Assembly (NCBI GenBank): GCA_016618085.1
Contig: JABLTG010000129.1
Coordinates: 1-60,901, forward strand
Length of the DNA stretch: 60,901 nucleotides
Direction of reading: 5' to 3'
Source of the DNA: Neovahlkampfia damariscottae
Taxonomy: Eukaryota
Below the pieces are notes generated by a model that saw only the letters and a program-made list of their open reading frames with translations, was not told the origin of the DNA and searched no databases. Shown here in pieces: positions 23,401 to 36,096 of this stretch. The translations under genes and the position numbers were made by a program. Every line of letters starts with the position of its first letter. The first letter of the stretch is position 1.

Positions 23401-25185
23401 ATGAAAGATAAATTGAAAAAGAAAGAAAAGAAAACAGAAGAAATTCCAAAAGAATCTAAAGAAGTAGAAAAAAAAGATAAAAAAACTGTTCAACATAAAG
23501 AAAATAAAAAAAGAAAAGAAATTGAAGACGAAACACTTTATCAAGTCTCAGATGACGAAGAAGAACAAAAATCAGATGACGAATATGGTGATGATGAATT
23601 CAATTTAAAAAAATTAGAAAAAAAATCAGTTGTTGAAGAATATGATGAAAAAGACTTGCAAAGTGAAGATGGTTGGTTAACAAAAATCAGATATAGTTCA
23701 CTTAATATCAATGATGGTCTTAAAAAATCCATTAAAGACATGGGATTTAAATATATGACAGAAATTCAAGCAAAATCATTACCTCAATTATTAGCTGGAA
23801 AAGATCTTTTGGCACAAGCTAAAACAGGGTCAGGAAAAACATTAGCGTAAAATATGATTAATATTTGACACCTTTAATTAGTTTTTTAATTCCATGCATT
23901 GAATTATTACATAAAGCAAATTTTAGAGCAAGAAATGGTACAGGTATTATTATCATTTCACCAACTAGAGAACTGGCAATTCAAATTTATGCAGTTGCAT
24001 GTGAATTAATGGAAAATCATTCACAAACACATACAATTTTAATGGGTGGTTCAAACAAATTTTTTGAAGAAACCAAATTACAAAAAGGATGTAATTTAGT
24101 TGTTGCAACACCTGGTAGATTATTAGATCATTTGATGAATACAAAAGGATGGAATTTTAAAAATCTTGTTGGTTTTGTAATGGACGAAGCTGATAGATGT
24201 TTAGAAGTTGGGTTTGAACAAGAAATGAGAGCTATTATCAAGGCATTACCAAAAGAAAGTAAAACAAAAAAAATTATTCAATTTACATTTCTTAGATCGT
24301 CAAACAATGCTTTTTTCAGCTACACAAACAACAAAAGTTACTGACATTGCCAGATTGTCATTAAACAATTCACCTGTTTCTGTTGGTGTCACAGAAAAAA
24401 AAGAATCAGCAACTGTTCTATCATTAGAACAAGGTTATGTAGTAATTGATGGTGATAAAAAATTTCAATTACTTTTCACATTTTTGAAAAAAAATATCAC
24501 AAAAAAAATCATTGTATTTTTTTCATCATGTGCATCTGTTAAATTCCATGCTGAAGTTTTGAATTATATGAATATACCAATTTTAGATTTACATGGAAAA
24601 ATGAAACAAAAAAAAAGAACATCAACATTCTTCAGTTTCTGTAATGCAAAAACAGGAATTTTATTTTGTACTGATGTTGCTGCCAGAGGTTTGGATATTC
24701 CAGCAGTTGATTGGATTATTCAATATGATCCTCCAGAAAATCCAAGGGAATATATTCATCGTGTTGGTAGAACTGCTCGTGGTGGCAAGAAAGGAAAAGC
24801 ATTATTATTTTTATTAGATACTGAAAAGAAATTTTTAAAATATTTGAAAGATTCAAATGTTCCTTTAAATGAATTTACATTTCCAAATTCAAAATTAGCA
24901 GCCATTCAATCAAAATATGAAGAAATTATTGCATCAAATTATTATTTGAACAGATCAGCAAAAGATGCTTTCATTAGTTTTATTAGAGCTTATGTTGCAC
25001 ATGAGTTGAAAGATTCTTTTGATGTTGATACAATCAATGTTGATAAAATTTCAAAATCATTTGGTCTTCAAAACACTCCGTATGTTAATATTAAATCTTT
25101 AGATATTGGTCTTGAAGCTGCTGTTGAAAAAAAGAGACAAAAAGACACAAATTGGATAAAAAATAAAAAACAAAAAAAAGAATAA
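23401..25185 (+). CDS. HAS1: DEAD-box RNA helicase HAS1/DDX18
   Basis: [51 protein letters not shown] and the HAS1-type [12 protein letters not shown] tail. Confidence 0.94.
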
Positions 25186-25268
25186 ATTACTTCATGAAAA
25201 TCATTCCATTTTAATTCAAGGAATTCATTGGTCAAAAAAACACCAGTTTTCATTCGTCAGTGTGTTGA

Positions 25269-25353
25269 CCAATAATTTTTAGTTCTAATACACCAATGAG
25301 ACATCACATCTGTCCCGCCAAAATTGAACAAAACGGTTATAAAAACAACCAAT
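25269..25353. promoter_or_regulatory. Composite promoter: three CCAAT boxes, an E2F-like site, a Myb/MSA-like AACGG and a TATA-like box
   Basis: CCAAT at 25269, 25293 and 25349; CCGCCAAA at 25315-25322 (TTTGGCGG on the minus strand); AAACGGTTATAAAA at 25331-25344. Confidence 0.5.
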
Positions 25354-25396
25354 TGAAACACTCTATTTCTTCAACGACAAAACGAAAACAATACAC

Positions 25397-25858
25397 ATGG
25401 AACAAGTAACAGAAATCCCAATTCCTCAATCCTTACAAAAACTACTCAACAAAAGAAAAGTTGGACAAGTTGACAGAACAAAACTCTTCCTCAATGAACT
25501 CAACAACATCTCAGAAGAATACAAATACTCAGAACAAGAAGAAAAAGACCTTAAAGACCTTTACCTTAAATATGAAGGTGACTTCTCTTCAATCATGGAA
25601 TGTATGATGAGTTCAACAGAAGACGACGAAGACAGATTCAGAGAAATTCTTGAAGAAGCAATTGAAAACGAAGAATTACCATTTTTTGAAGCTTTTGATG
25701 AATTCAATTATCCAGTTGATCAAGAAAACGAAATGTATAAAGTTGTAAAATCCGAACTTGATAAAAGAACTAAAGAAAGAGAATCAGATTTTAACAATAT
25801 GATTGCAATGTTGGAAAATAGATATTCAGAAGAAACAGAAGATGTTGAAATGATTTGA
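25397..25858 (+). CDS. DNAJC9-like C-terminal (histone H3-H4-binding) region without a J domain
   Basis: YKYSEQEEKDLKDLYLKYEGDFSSIMECM...DEDRFREILEEAIENEELPFFEAF and R..ERESDFNNMIAMLENRY match the DNAJC9 middle and C-terminal signatures. No HPD motif. Intronless. Confidence 0.78.
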   Translation: MEQVTEIPIPQSLQKLLNKRKVGQVDRTKLFLNELNNISEEYKYSEQEEKDLKDLYLKYEGDFSSIMECMMSSTEDDEDRFREILEEAIENEELPFFEAFDEFNYPVDQENEMYKVVKSELDKRTKERESDFNNMIAMLENRYSEETEDVEMI

Positions 25859-25971
25859 GGAATAAAACATTCAAATTATTTTTTTTTTGTAATGAAATTG
25901 TTAATTTTTTAATCAAAACCAAACCATACTCGATTTAAAGATTGATTCACTTTTCATTGGTCAAACGAAAA

Positions 25972-28099
25972 ATGTTTAGTGAAATACAAGTGAGGTTGGC
26001 TATAAAGGATCCTGTTGAATCATGTAAAAAAGTGGACAAATATGTTGCGGATGTTTATTCTAAAGATGAGGATGAAATAGAACTTACAAACAGTTTTTCA
26101 GATTTAGTTGAAGCAATATTCGGAAACAAAGAGTAAAAAAAAAGATTAACCTTGACAAAATAGTTCATGGATGGAAAGAAGTTACAAAAATGAGACTTTA
26201 AGTCAATGTCTTTTTAATTTTTTAAAACCAGAAGGACATTTATTTCAATTTATGATGTACCAACATGACCACTATGAAGGAGTTCGTTATCGATTACCTT
26301 TGGATAAACTATCAGTAAAAAAAAGCAATTTTTTTTTAATTCTTTTTAAATAAGCTCGGAACTTTGACGAAACTTGAAAATGGAACAGCATCTGAATTAT
26401 ACCAAGAAAAATTAATTTCTTCTGACATAAAGAAAATTAAATTTCTACCAGTTTGTAAGTATTTTTATTTTAATTTTATTCCAAGCGATGTTTGAATATT
26501 TCATGTTCATCTTTTCAGAATTCGCTGAAAACTCATTGGTTTTACATACCAAAGGATCAAATTGTTACGTTAAACTTTTACAATCCTATTTGAATTACTT
26601 TTTAAAAAATGAAAAATTAGTGGAAGATAAATATGAATATTATCAAAATGAAGATGATTTTGGTTATGGATACACAATGACAGAAATTTTATGTGATCGT
26701 TGGTTAACACAATACAAACAAAAAAAAGATGGAATTGAAGTAAATTAAAAAAACAAATTCTAATCAAAAAAAACAGTTCTCTTCAAAATTTTTAAATCAT
26801 TCAAAATCAATTTTGTATTGTTTTCAAATTATTCAAACACATATTCTCTCAAATGATTTTTTAAAAGATAGGGTAATGAAAAAAGATCCAAATTTGACAT
26901 CTGGGTTTAAAATCTTTCAAAAGTCATTATTTCAATTTTTTGATTATTCATTTTTATATTGGCCAAGAAATGTTTCAATGCCTTTGAATACAGTATTTAA
27001 TAATACCTTTTTATTCTATTTAGATTATTCAACTTTGGTTAAATCAATTACAACCTTGGAAATTTCATAAAGAAAATTTCAAATCATGGCAATTTTATAT
27101 TTTAACGAATTGGGTATTTTATTCAACTACATTTTCTTCATTTTTAACTTTTTTTTCAAATTCTGAGTTACTTTTATCAGCAAATTCAAATGATATTAAT
27201 TCTATTGAAAATGTATTGAAATTATTTACTTCACTTTCAGAAATTATAAAAACTGTATTTTTTATTTTCTTTATCTAATATTTTAGATTGATGAATATTT
27301 GAAAGCACAAAAAGTACATCAACCACAATCTCATGTAATATTAATTCTTTTTTTTAATTCTCTATTTTTTTGAAAGGATAATGCTGCTTTTTTATTTTCT
27401 CATATGAAAGAAATGGATCCAAAAACAAATTATAAAACTATTTTTGATTCACAATTATTAAAATCAATTGGTGAAATCTTATCATTAGGACAAGGAATTT
27501 GTTCAAATCCAAAAAGATTCACAAAAATTATGAACTTAAATTTAAATGAAGTATGGAATTAAGAATTTAAAATAACATATTTTAGGATAAAGAAATGATT
27601 AAAAAAATTGAAAATATAATGATTTCACTTTCAACATTCTTCTCAGTTTGATTCATTCAATTTTTAAATATTATTATTATAGTTAAATTTGAGTGAATAT
27701 AATGATTTTAATACAACTTTTACAGATTTTGATGTTAAAAAACATGATAATTTGTATAATGTTGATGTAATTGATCCAGATACAAATTTATTATCATTAA
27801 AAGGAAAGAAAGAAGTAATTCAAATTTAAAATTGAATTTAATATTTAAAAAAGATCATTTTAGGATTAAAAAAATCAAACAAATTTAATGTTAGATATAT
27901 TGGTAATCCATTATATCAACCAAAACAAACTATTGAAATACCATATCTTGTTAATTTTTATATTATTTTGTCAGAGAAGTTGAATGAATATATAGGTTCT
28001 GATGATATAAATTTAAGATTTTTGTCAACTTATTCATCTGTTTTGATGATGTCAATTTCTTTATTTTTCTTGTGGATTTTTATTAAAATTTTTTTTTAA
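25972..28099 (+). CDS. SMPD4: SMPD4 (neutral sphingomyelinase-3)-like tail-anchored protein, many introns
   Basis: MFEYFMFIF, LYWP, WLNQLQPWK, YIGNPLYQP..TIE...LV, INLRFL and a C-terminal TM segment. Exon boundaries are approximate. Confidence 0.68.
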
Positions 28100-28151
28100 G
28101 TTGTTTTGATTGGTTTATTTTTCACTTGAACAAGTGGGTTGTATCATAAGA

Positions 28152-29197
28152 ATGTCATCAGAATTATTTAACCTGTTGATTTTAATTCTATTTTTATTTC
28201 TATTCTTTTGGTTTGTGAGGTTTGTAATTTTTTTTATTTACTTAAAGAATTTTCAAAATTGGTTTTTCATTGACAGAAGTCATAGTTGCATTAAAATTAA
28301 AAAGTAGAGAAATGGTCAATGTAAACATGAATTATTTTTTTATTTTTTTATCATTAGATACTGAGGTATGAATCAACTAATCAAAATGGACCTAGTGGTG
28401 ATTATAGTATAAGACATTATTTACAAGAATTGTATTTCAATTTAACTTTAAATTTTTTTTCAGAATTCGTGGAAGTGTTGATTCACCAAGTTCAGAAGTT
28501 TTAAAAATTGAACTACCTTTTCAAATTGAAAAAAATTCAATAAAATTAAATGAAAATGAAATTCAATTCAAATTTCATTCTTCAAAGAATGTTTCAATTA
28601 AAATTATGAAAAATATATATATTGAAGAATTTGAAGCAAATGTAAATTTAAAATAATTGTTCATTTTTGAAATAGAAAAATATTTTAAATGAAAGAGAAG
28701 AGGATACAAGTGAAGAAGAACATTATTTTCAAAGTGGTTTAAATCAAGAATTTAAAGTAAAAATAAAATTGAATGAGAATTTAGAAGAACGAGAAGAAAA
28801 TTTTTTGATCCAATTAAAAAATTTGGATTTTGAAAATGAAAATGATGAAGAAATTAAAAGTCTTTTATGTTTTTTTAATCAAAGCCAAGATATTTCGTAC
28901 TTTGAAATTCGAAATGAAGAATTCTTTCAATTACAAGATATTTATGGGTCGAATGAAAATGAAATTGATTATTCAGAGGAATGCGTTGTTTGTTTGACAA
29001 ATGACCGCGAAATTGCATTATTACCATGTAGACATAATTGTATATGTCATACTTGTTTCTTGCATCTTGATAAATGTCCAATTTGTCGACAAAAAATCAA
29101 AGCATTTGTTGTATTGAAACCATCTATAATAAAAGAACCAGAAGAGATTGATTTAGAAGAATTAAAACAATTGAGACAATTAAAAATTGAAAAATAA
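28152..29197 (+). CDS. N-terminally membrane-anchored C3HC4 RING E3 ligase (CGRRF1/MGRN1-like)
   Basis: N-terminal TM segment; LQDIYG followed by ECVVCLTNDREIALLPCRHNCICHTCFLHLDKCPICR. Spliced through four introns. Confidence 0.8.
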
Positions 29198-29425
29198 ATG
29201 TTTCTCATCTTCCCTCTGTACTTTGTTTAGATATAGTTTTGTTTATCTCCAATATCAGCTCCAATATTGAGTTTAAATTGATTTAAAGGAGATTTTCCTT
29301 CCAAATCAATTTATTTTTGTCAACCTTTTTTGAACACCTTTTTGGGATGATCAAATATCCTTTTTTAGAATTTCCTTCTTGTTAAAAAAAATAGACCAAT
29401 TATTTTTTTGTTGTTGTTTTGCAAG

Positions 29426-30608
29426 ATGGTTCTATTTCAATTTGAAACTGAAGTTGATACAATAGAGAAAAAAGAAATAAATCATAAAGAAGAAGTATCA
29501 TGTATTAATCAAAATGAGTTAGATCAAATACTCTCCAAAGAACCATTCTCCGTTTTAATACTTGATTGTCGTTCTCTACTTGAATTCAAAAAAAATAAAA
29601 TCATAACAGCTATAAATACAACTTGCTTGAATGACATTTCATTAACAGAAATAACAGAAAAAAAACTCAACCTCGAAAATTTTTTTTTAAACTATTACGA
29701 TAAATTATTCTTCAGACAAAGAGAATTTTTAAAAGTTATAATTTATGATAGTAGTTGTTTCGTTTCTGAAAATTTAATGAAAATTTATCAAATTTTAAAA
29801 ATAGAAAATAAATCAAAAGAGGTTTTTATTTTAGAAAATGGATTTGAACAATTTTCAGAATTATATCCATTATTTTGTTCATTAACTAAAGACATTGAAA
29901 AGAATTTAAAAATTTATTTAAATTTAGAAGAAAGAGCAAAAATATCTCATTCTTTATTATTTAGATCAATAGGTAAAAAAAAGAATATAAAAATCTAAAT
30001 CTTTTAAATAGGAAGAAAACCAAAATATTCAGAAAAACCATCAGAAATTTTGAACTTTCTATATCTTGGTAATGGTATGATATTTAAATACTTTTTAATA
30101 ATAATAGCCCAAAATTCGATATCAAATGAACAATTGAAAGAATTGAATATAAAATTAATTTTAAACACAGCAAAAGAATGTAAAAACTATTTTAAATCAG
30201 AATTTATTTACAAAAAATTTTCTTTTATTGATGAAGAATTTGAAGATATCTTTAAATTTTTTGATGAAGCATTTGAGTTTATTGAAATGGGTAGAAGAAA
30301 TAATCAAGGTATTTTAGTTCATTGTTTCATGGGAATGTCAAGATCTGCAGCAATCTGTATTGCAGTAAGACAAAAAAGATATAATTTACTTTTTAATAGT
30401 ACTTAATGAAATATCAAAGTAAAAAGAAAATCAATTTTTTTCTGATTTTTAATAGGAATATCTTTGAATGAATCTTATAATTTTGTAAAAAAGAAAAGAC
30501 CAATCATTGAAATTGTAACATAAGAAATTTTGATTTCTAATTTATTTGAAATAGAATATTGGATTTATGGAACAATTAAAGAATTATGAAATTGAGCTTT
30601 TTAAATAA
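29426..30608 (+). CDS. MAP-kinase phosphatase-type dual-specificity phosphatase (rhodanese + DSP)
   Basis: LILDCRS...I..AIN and LENGFEQF (rhodanese); LYLGN; catalytic VHCFMGMSRSA; AYLM and NIGFMEQL. Confidence 0.92.
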
Positions 30609-30721
30609 ATAATATCTCATTTTAAACTGTGTATCTTGTTTACATTTATATTTCTTTTTCTTTGCAGGAGCTAGATAGATAATACAAAAAATTTTATTCT
30701 TCATTCAGTGATTTATTAAAC

Positions 30722-33162
30722 TTATTCTTCTTTCATTGTTTCTTCAACAATTTCTTCTTCTTTCTCTTCTTTTACTGTTGGTTCTTCAGTTTTTATATCA
30801 GATATTGAATCATCTTGTTTGACTGAATTTATCTCTTCTTCGGTTGATTTTTGAATTTTTGGTTCAGATTTTATTTCATCAGCTTCAGAAGGAATATCTT
30901 CCTTGATTTCTTCTACTTCAGAAGGAATATCTTCCTTGATTTCTTCTTTTATCTCTTCATGAGTTTCTTCGATTTCATTATTGATTTCTTCAATTTCTTC
31001 TTGTTTCAATTCTTCACTCTCTTGATGTTTCTTTATTTCTTCAACTTGTTCATTTTTCTTTGTTTCTTCAATCACTTCTTCTTTGATTTCTATCTTTGGT
31101 TCTTCCTTGATATCTTCTTTTGATTCTTCTTTTAATTCTTCTTCCTTTGGTTTTACTTTGAGTTCCTCTTTAATATCTATCATCTCTTTTTCTTCTTCAT
31201 TTTTGTACTCCCAAATTTTTGGATAGTTTTCAATCAAATAAGGTAATGGACTTTTTTCTTTATCTTTTACATTTGAAGATGATTCTCTACATGCCAACAA
31301 ATAAGGTCCTAAAATAATAATCAAATTTTTTGAACCCATTAAAGTTGTTTTTTGATTTAATTGTACTTTATATAAAATTGAAAATATTTTCTTTGAAATA
31401 TTATACCTCAAAGTTGATAATTTTTCGACTGTATTAATCAGTTCTTGTTCAAAATTTTCTTTTTCAAAAACATTCATAAATTGTTCATAAAGATCAAAAG
31501 TTAAAATTGGTTCCGGTAATGATGTTAAATATCTTTTTAATACAACAGCAACTGCATTTGGATCTTTAAATCTATTTTTATTAAAAACTAAACCATTTTC
31601 AAAAATAGCATTTAAAAATATAACATCTGAATGACGACCTGATTTTCTAAAAATACCTTCTGAATCAAAACCTTCTTCAAGTAAATAATCAACTGTTTGT
31701 TGAATTATTAATGGTATTTTTAAATTTTGATTTTCTGGTCTTTTCATTGAATCTTCCAATGAAACATTAAAAGTTTTTCCTGTGAGTATAAATTTTCCGC
31801 ACATTGCTTCATCTATTGTAATAAGACTTGTATGATGTTTAAATTTTTTAGAATTTGTTCCTCCAAGTAATACAAATTTATCATTCCACCAAATTAAATT
31901 ATGTCCTTTTAATCCATAGGATTCATTTGAATCACCACTTCTAATTAATTCTTCTGTTTCTGTATCATAAATTAAAAAATCAGCTAATGCTGTTTCGATT
32001 TTCAAATCTTTCATTAACGTTTCTCCACCAAAAATTATAATTTTAGGACCAATCATTACTGTCGAACTATCTTTTGCTGGAATTGAATGTGGATTTGTTA
32101 TTGGTTGATTGTTTGGTAAATGAAAATTCCTTTCTTTCCATTTTCCATGTTCAGAATCGTATTCCCAAATTTCTTTTAAATCACCAAAATCACCTCTGCT
32201 ACCACCAATAATGTAAAATTTTTGTTCCAAAGTCGACGATACCATTGAATGACTGACTCTAGGAGTTGGTTTTAAATCAGTTTCAATAAGATTAAAAGAA
32301 TCATTTTTAACATCATAACACCATAAATCTATTTTTTTTTGTTTAATTTTTTTTTTGATCAAACCTGCAAAGAATTTTTTTCCATTTGTACCACCAAATA
32401 AGTAAACATTTTCACCTGATATGCAACTTGAATGTCTTGATCTTGGACCAGGACCAACTTTATATTCAATTTTTTTCCATAATTTTTCGTCTGAATTTTA
32501 TTTAAAAAAAAAATGAAAAACGAACTTAAATCTAATTCAAAAAATTCATTTGAATAATTTGTAAATAAACCAGATAATTCACCACCAAAAATATAAATAC
32601 TACTCTGTTCTTTTGACGTTACTTTTTTCATCACACCTGAACAAGAATGATGACTTCTTCCAGATGGTGAATTTTTACAAATAACTTCTTTAAATTCAGT
32701 TGTTCCACTTATCTTTTTCATTTCGATTATAAAAAGTTTGTCACTTTTTCCTTTTTTACTTACACCACCATGAAGGTATAAATATTTCGTTTCAAAACCA
32801 TATTCTTCATCGACAATAGTATCAACAAAAGAAACAAAATTAGACAAAGGAAAAGGAATAGAATCACCTTCGCTAGAAACTCCTTTCCATCCTGTATATT
32901 TTAACGTATGTTTTTGTTCAGAAACAAACTTTTCCCATTCAATTAAACTTTCTTTATGGTCTTCATATAGAGTTGGATTTGATTTCTTCCTTTCTAGTTT
33001 TGTCAACTTTTTGGTTTGATTATCAATCTTTTTAGCTTGTTTAACAGAAACATGTGTAACGGTTTTTTTTTTAACTTCTCCATCTGTTTCAATAAGTTCT
33101 TCAAATGATTTTCCAGAAGACACAATTTTTGAGTTATGGTCTTTGTCTGGTGAACTGAACAT
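30722..33162 (-). CDS. Kelch-repeat RhoGAP with an acidic low-complexity tail
   Basis: Kelch blades (LYLHGG, IYIFGG, YLFGG, FYIIGG, IIIFGG); RhoGAP motifs EGIFRKSG, LKRYLTSLPEPILT and MGSKNL. Two introns. Confidence 0.88.
30884..30943. repeat. Short coding tandem duplication (EEIKEDIPSE twice) in the RhoGAP tail
   Basis: TTCAGAAGGAATATCTTCCTTGATTTC occurs twice with a 33-nt period. Confidence 0.75.
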
Positions 33163-33253
33163 TATTTTTCCTAAAACACTGAAACTAAAAATGATTGGTC
33201 AAATTGTTTGACTATTTGAAACGGTTATAACGGAAAAAAAAGATTTTATTTTT

Positions 33254-34649
33254 TTAAATCATAACAAGTCCAAGATCTTTTGATTCTACGGATGGATTTA
33301 CATAATTGAATAAATAGTAATTTAAACATCCTCCCTTATCAAATTTTAACTCAGCCAAAAATTTTCCATTCTATTTTTTATCAATATTTTTCTTTATTAG
33401 ACTTACATCCATTATATTTAAAACATTAAACACATCCATTCCATTCTTTTCATTTTTTTTTGTGTTAAATTTTTTTTCTTCTTACCTCTTTTGCCAATAA
33501 CATGACATCATTCACTAAATCAGCAGATGAAACTGTTGTAAAGACAGAATACCACAAATATCCAGCATTTAAAACAGAATATTTTTCATGAGGTTTTATA
33601 AAAGAGCTTGGTATAACAAAATATCCACTAATATCTGTGATTTCACCTTCTTCATTTTCAATTACTACAGTCTCAATAACATCTTTTCTTGGTAAAAACC
33701 AATGTCTAAATTCTTAATTAAATTAAAAAATAAAAGAATTTCTTCAAACCTTCTTCAGTTTTAAACACCAAATGATACTTAAATTTTGAAAGATAATTAT
33801 TAACTAATTTCATTGCACTTGGGATATCTTTTTCACAAAATTTTCTTGTATTTTTAATTTTCTTTTCAAGTTTATAAAAATTTTCAGTTTCAGCAAGTGG
33901 ATTTTCACACTTTTCAAATTTAGAAGGAATGTAAGAATAATTGAGTTCAACTAATTTTGCAACATTCAAGTCTCTATGATAATATCTTCCTCTTCCAAAT
34001 GGTGTTGGTATAAGAATACCTGCTGTAAAAGTTCCATAATAAATATCATTAATATAAGAACGTCTTGTTATTTCTTTGATTAATTTTGGTGCCAAATTCT
34101 TTTCTCTGTATTTTCCATGAACACTTTTTTTTTTAAATTCTTATAATTGTTTTACCATAAAAAATTAACATCTGTTGTGAGTATTTCATTTCCAGATACA
34201 CATACATATTGTGGTATACCAGTTATAAATCCAATTAATTTGTCATCTAAATCAACAATACCTAAATGTAATTCAGGAAGATAATTTGGTGGACATATAG
34301 CCCATCTAAGTGTATCAATAGAATAAGCGAATCTGTATTGACTATCAGATACATAATGCTCTTTCAAAAATTGAAAAATAATTTCCATCTTTTTTTTTTA
34401 AAGAGTTTGAGAATTTTTTCAATTTTTTACTGTATTTTCATCCTTTACATCCATTATTTTCCATTTAAATTCTTTTGAAAGTGGAACTGGTTCTTGGTGT
34501 TGTGTTTTGTCTATCTTTTGAACTTCTTTTGGTTTTTCTGGTTCTTCTTCTCCAAATTGTTTAACTGGTTGCTCATTCCAGAATTCATGTTTTTCTTTTT
34601 TTTTCTTTTCTGTTATTGTTTGATTTGGTGTGCTTTCTTCAATACCCAT
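33254..34649 (-). CDS. NMT: Glycylpeptide N-myristoyltransferase (divergent)
   Basis: HEFWNEQPV, FLKEHYV...YRFAYS, VNFLCVH, LAPKLIKEITRR, YYHRDLNVAKLVE, DVFNVLNIMDN and C-terminal GLVMI. Confidence 0.92.
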
Positions 34650-34730
34650 CTCTCAAAAATAATTGGACAAAAAAAAAAAATCAAAAAAGAAACAGATTTA
34701 AAAAAAAATAGTTTAAAATAAAATATGAAT

Positions 34731-34904
34731 TTATTCTTCTCTCTTTGGTTTCTTTTCTGAAACTTTCAAAATTTTTATTATTTTATTCGTCTCTGGATCT
34801 TCTTCTAATTTTTTATAGAGTTCAGCTTTTACTTTTTTGACGTCGTATTTTGTTGCGAATTGTATTCCTACATAAACACCAACAACAAACCAAAGAAATC
34901 CCAT
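34731..34904 (-). CDS. STMP1/DUF4535-like short transmembrane microprotein (57 aa)
   Basis: MGFLWFVVGVYVGIQFATKYDVKKV... has the G-x3-G-x3-A-x2-YD pattern. It has an upstream ATTGG box (34932) like the other genes. Below the ORF-track length cutoff. Confidence 0.65.
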   Translation of the reverse strand: MGFLWFVVGVYVGIQFATKYDVKKVKAELYKKLEEDPETNKIIKILKVSEKKPKREE

Positions 34905-35003
34905 TCTCTTATTTTCTCAAACGAAAAGATAATTGGATAAAAATTATCACCAAAATGAGGTTAAATTCTTTTTCAAAGAGAAATAATTTCATTTTCAAAT
35001 TGA

Positions 35004-36013
35004 TTATTTATTTAAATGCTTTGAATGAAATTCAATATGATCTTCAATAAAAGTTGAAATGAAATAATAACTATGATCATAACCTTTTTGAAATCTAAAA
35101 TTCAATGGATATTCATTTTCTTTTGCTGCATCAATTAAACTTTGTGGATTTAATTTTTCTAAAAAGTTATCTTCATCACCTTGATCACATAAAATTTCAA
35201 CTTTTTCACCTTTATATGATTTTAATAACAAACTTGAATCATATTTTTTCCACGCTTCTTTATCTTCACCTAAGAATCTAGTAAATGCTTTTGGACCCCA
35301 TCCAGCTCCTTCTTTTGATGGATGACAAATTGGAGCGAATGCACTACAACTGACATATTTTCCAGGATTATTAAGATAACAAACTAATGCACCATGACCA
35401 CCTAAATGATATATATTAATATTGATTTCAAATTACCCATAGAATGACCACAAATTGATTGTTTTTTTTCATCAAAAGGTAATTGAGAATTAACTAATTT
35501 TGGAAGTTCATCAGTAACATAACTGTACATGTTATAATTCTTTTTCCAGAGATCTGTTGTAGAATCAACATAATAACCTAGTTGTTTTTATGAGAATGAA
35601 TATTTAAATTGACGAACCTGCACCTAAACCAAAATCCCATTCTTCAGCTTCTCCTTTGATATTACATCCTCCTAAAATAAAGTAAATAAACATTATAATA
35701 TACTTGGTGAAGTATCAGGACAAACTGAAGAAATAGTTTAATCAAAAACTAAAACAAATACCTAAAGCAATTTTATGTTTTGAAGCAAATTGAATGACAC
35801 CACTTTTTGTGATGAAATTATCATAATTACATGTAAGTCCAGATAAAAAATATAAAACTGGAAGTTTTGAATTTGATTCAGGTAAATATACTCTGAATTT
35901 CATTTCACAGTTTAATACTTTACTTTCATGTTTATATAAATAAACATATCCATTAAAACATTTTCTAAAATAAATAAAAAAAAAAAAAAAAACTTTTTTT
36001 CAACTTGCTCCAT
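35004..36013 (-). CDS. ESD: S-formylglutathione hydrolase (esterase D)
   Basis: [55 protein letters not shown] and [12 protein letters not shown]. Confidence 0.95.
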
Positions 36014-36096
36014 CTGGTTGTACACTGAAAACAACTAAAATTAACCAACCAATAAAAATAATTCTTTATTTTTTAAATTTATATAATTTTTTGATT

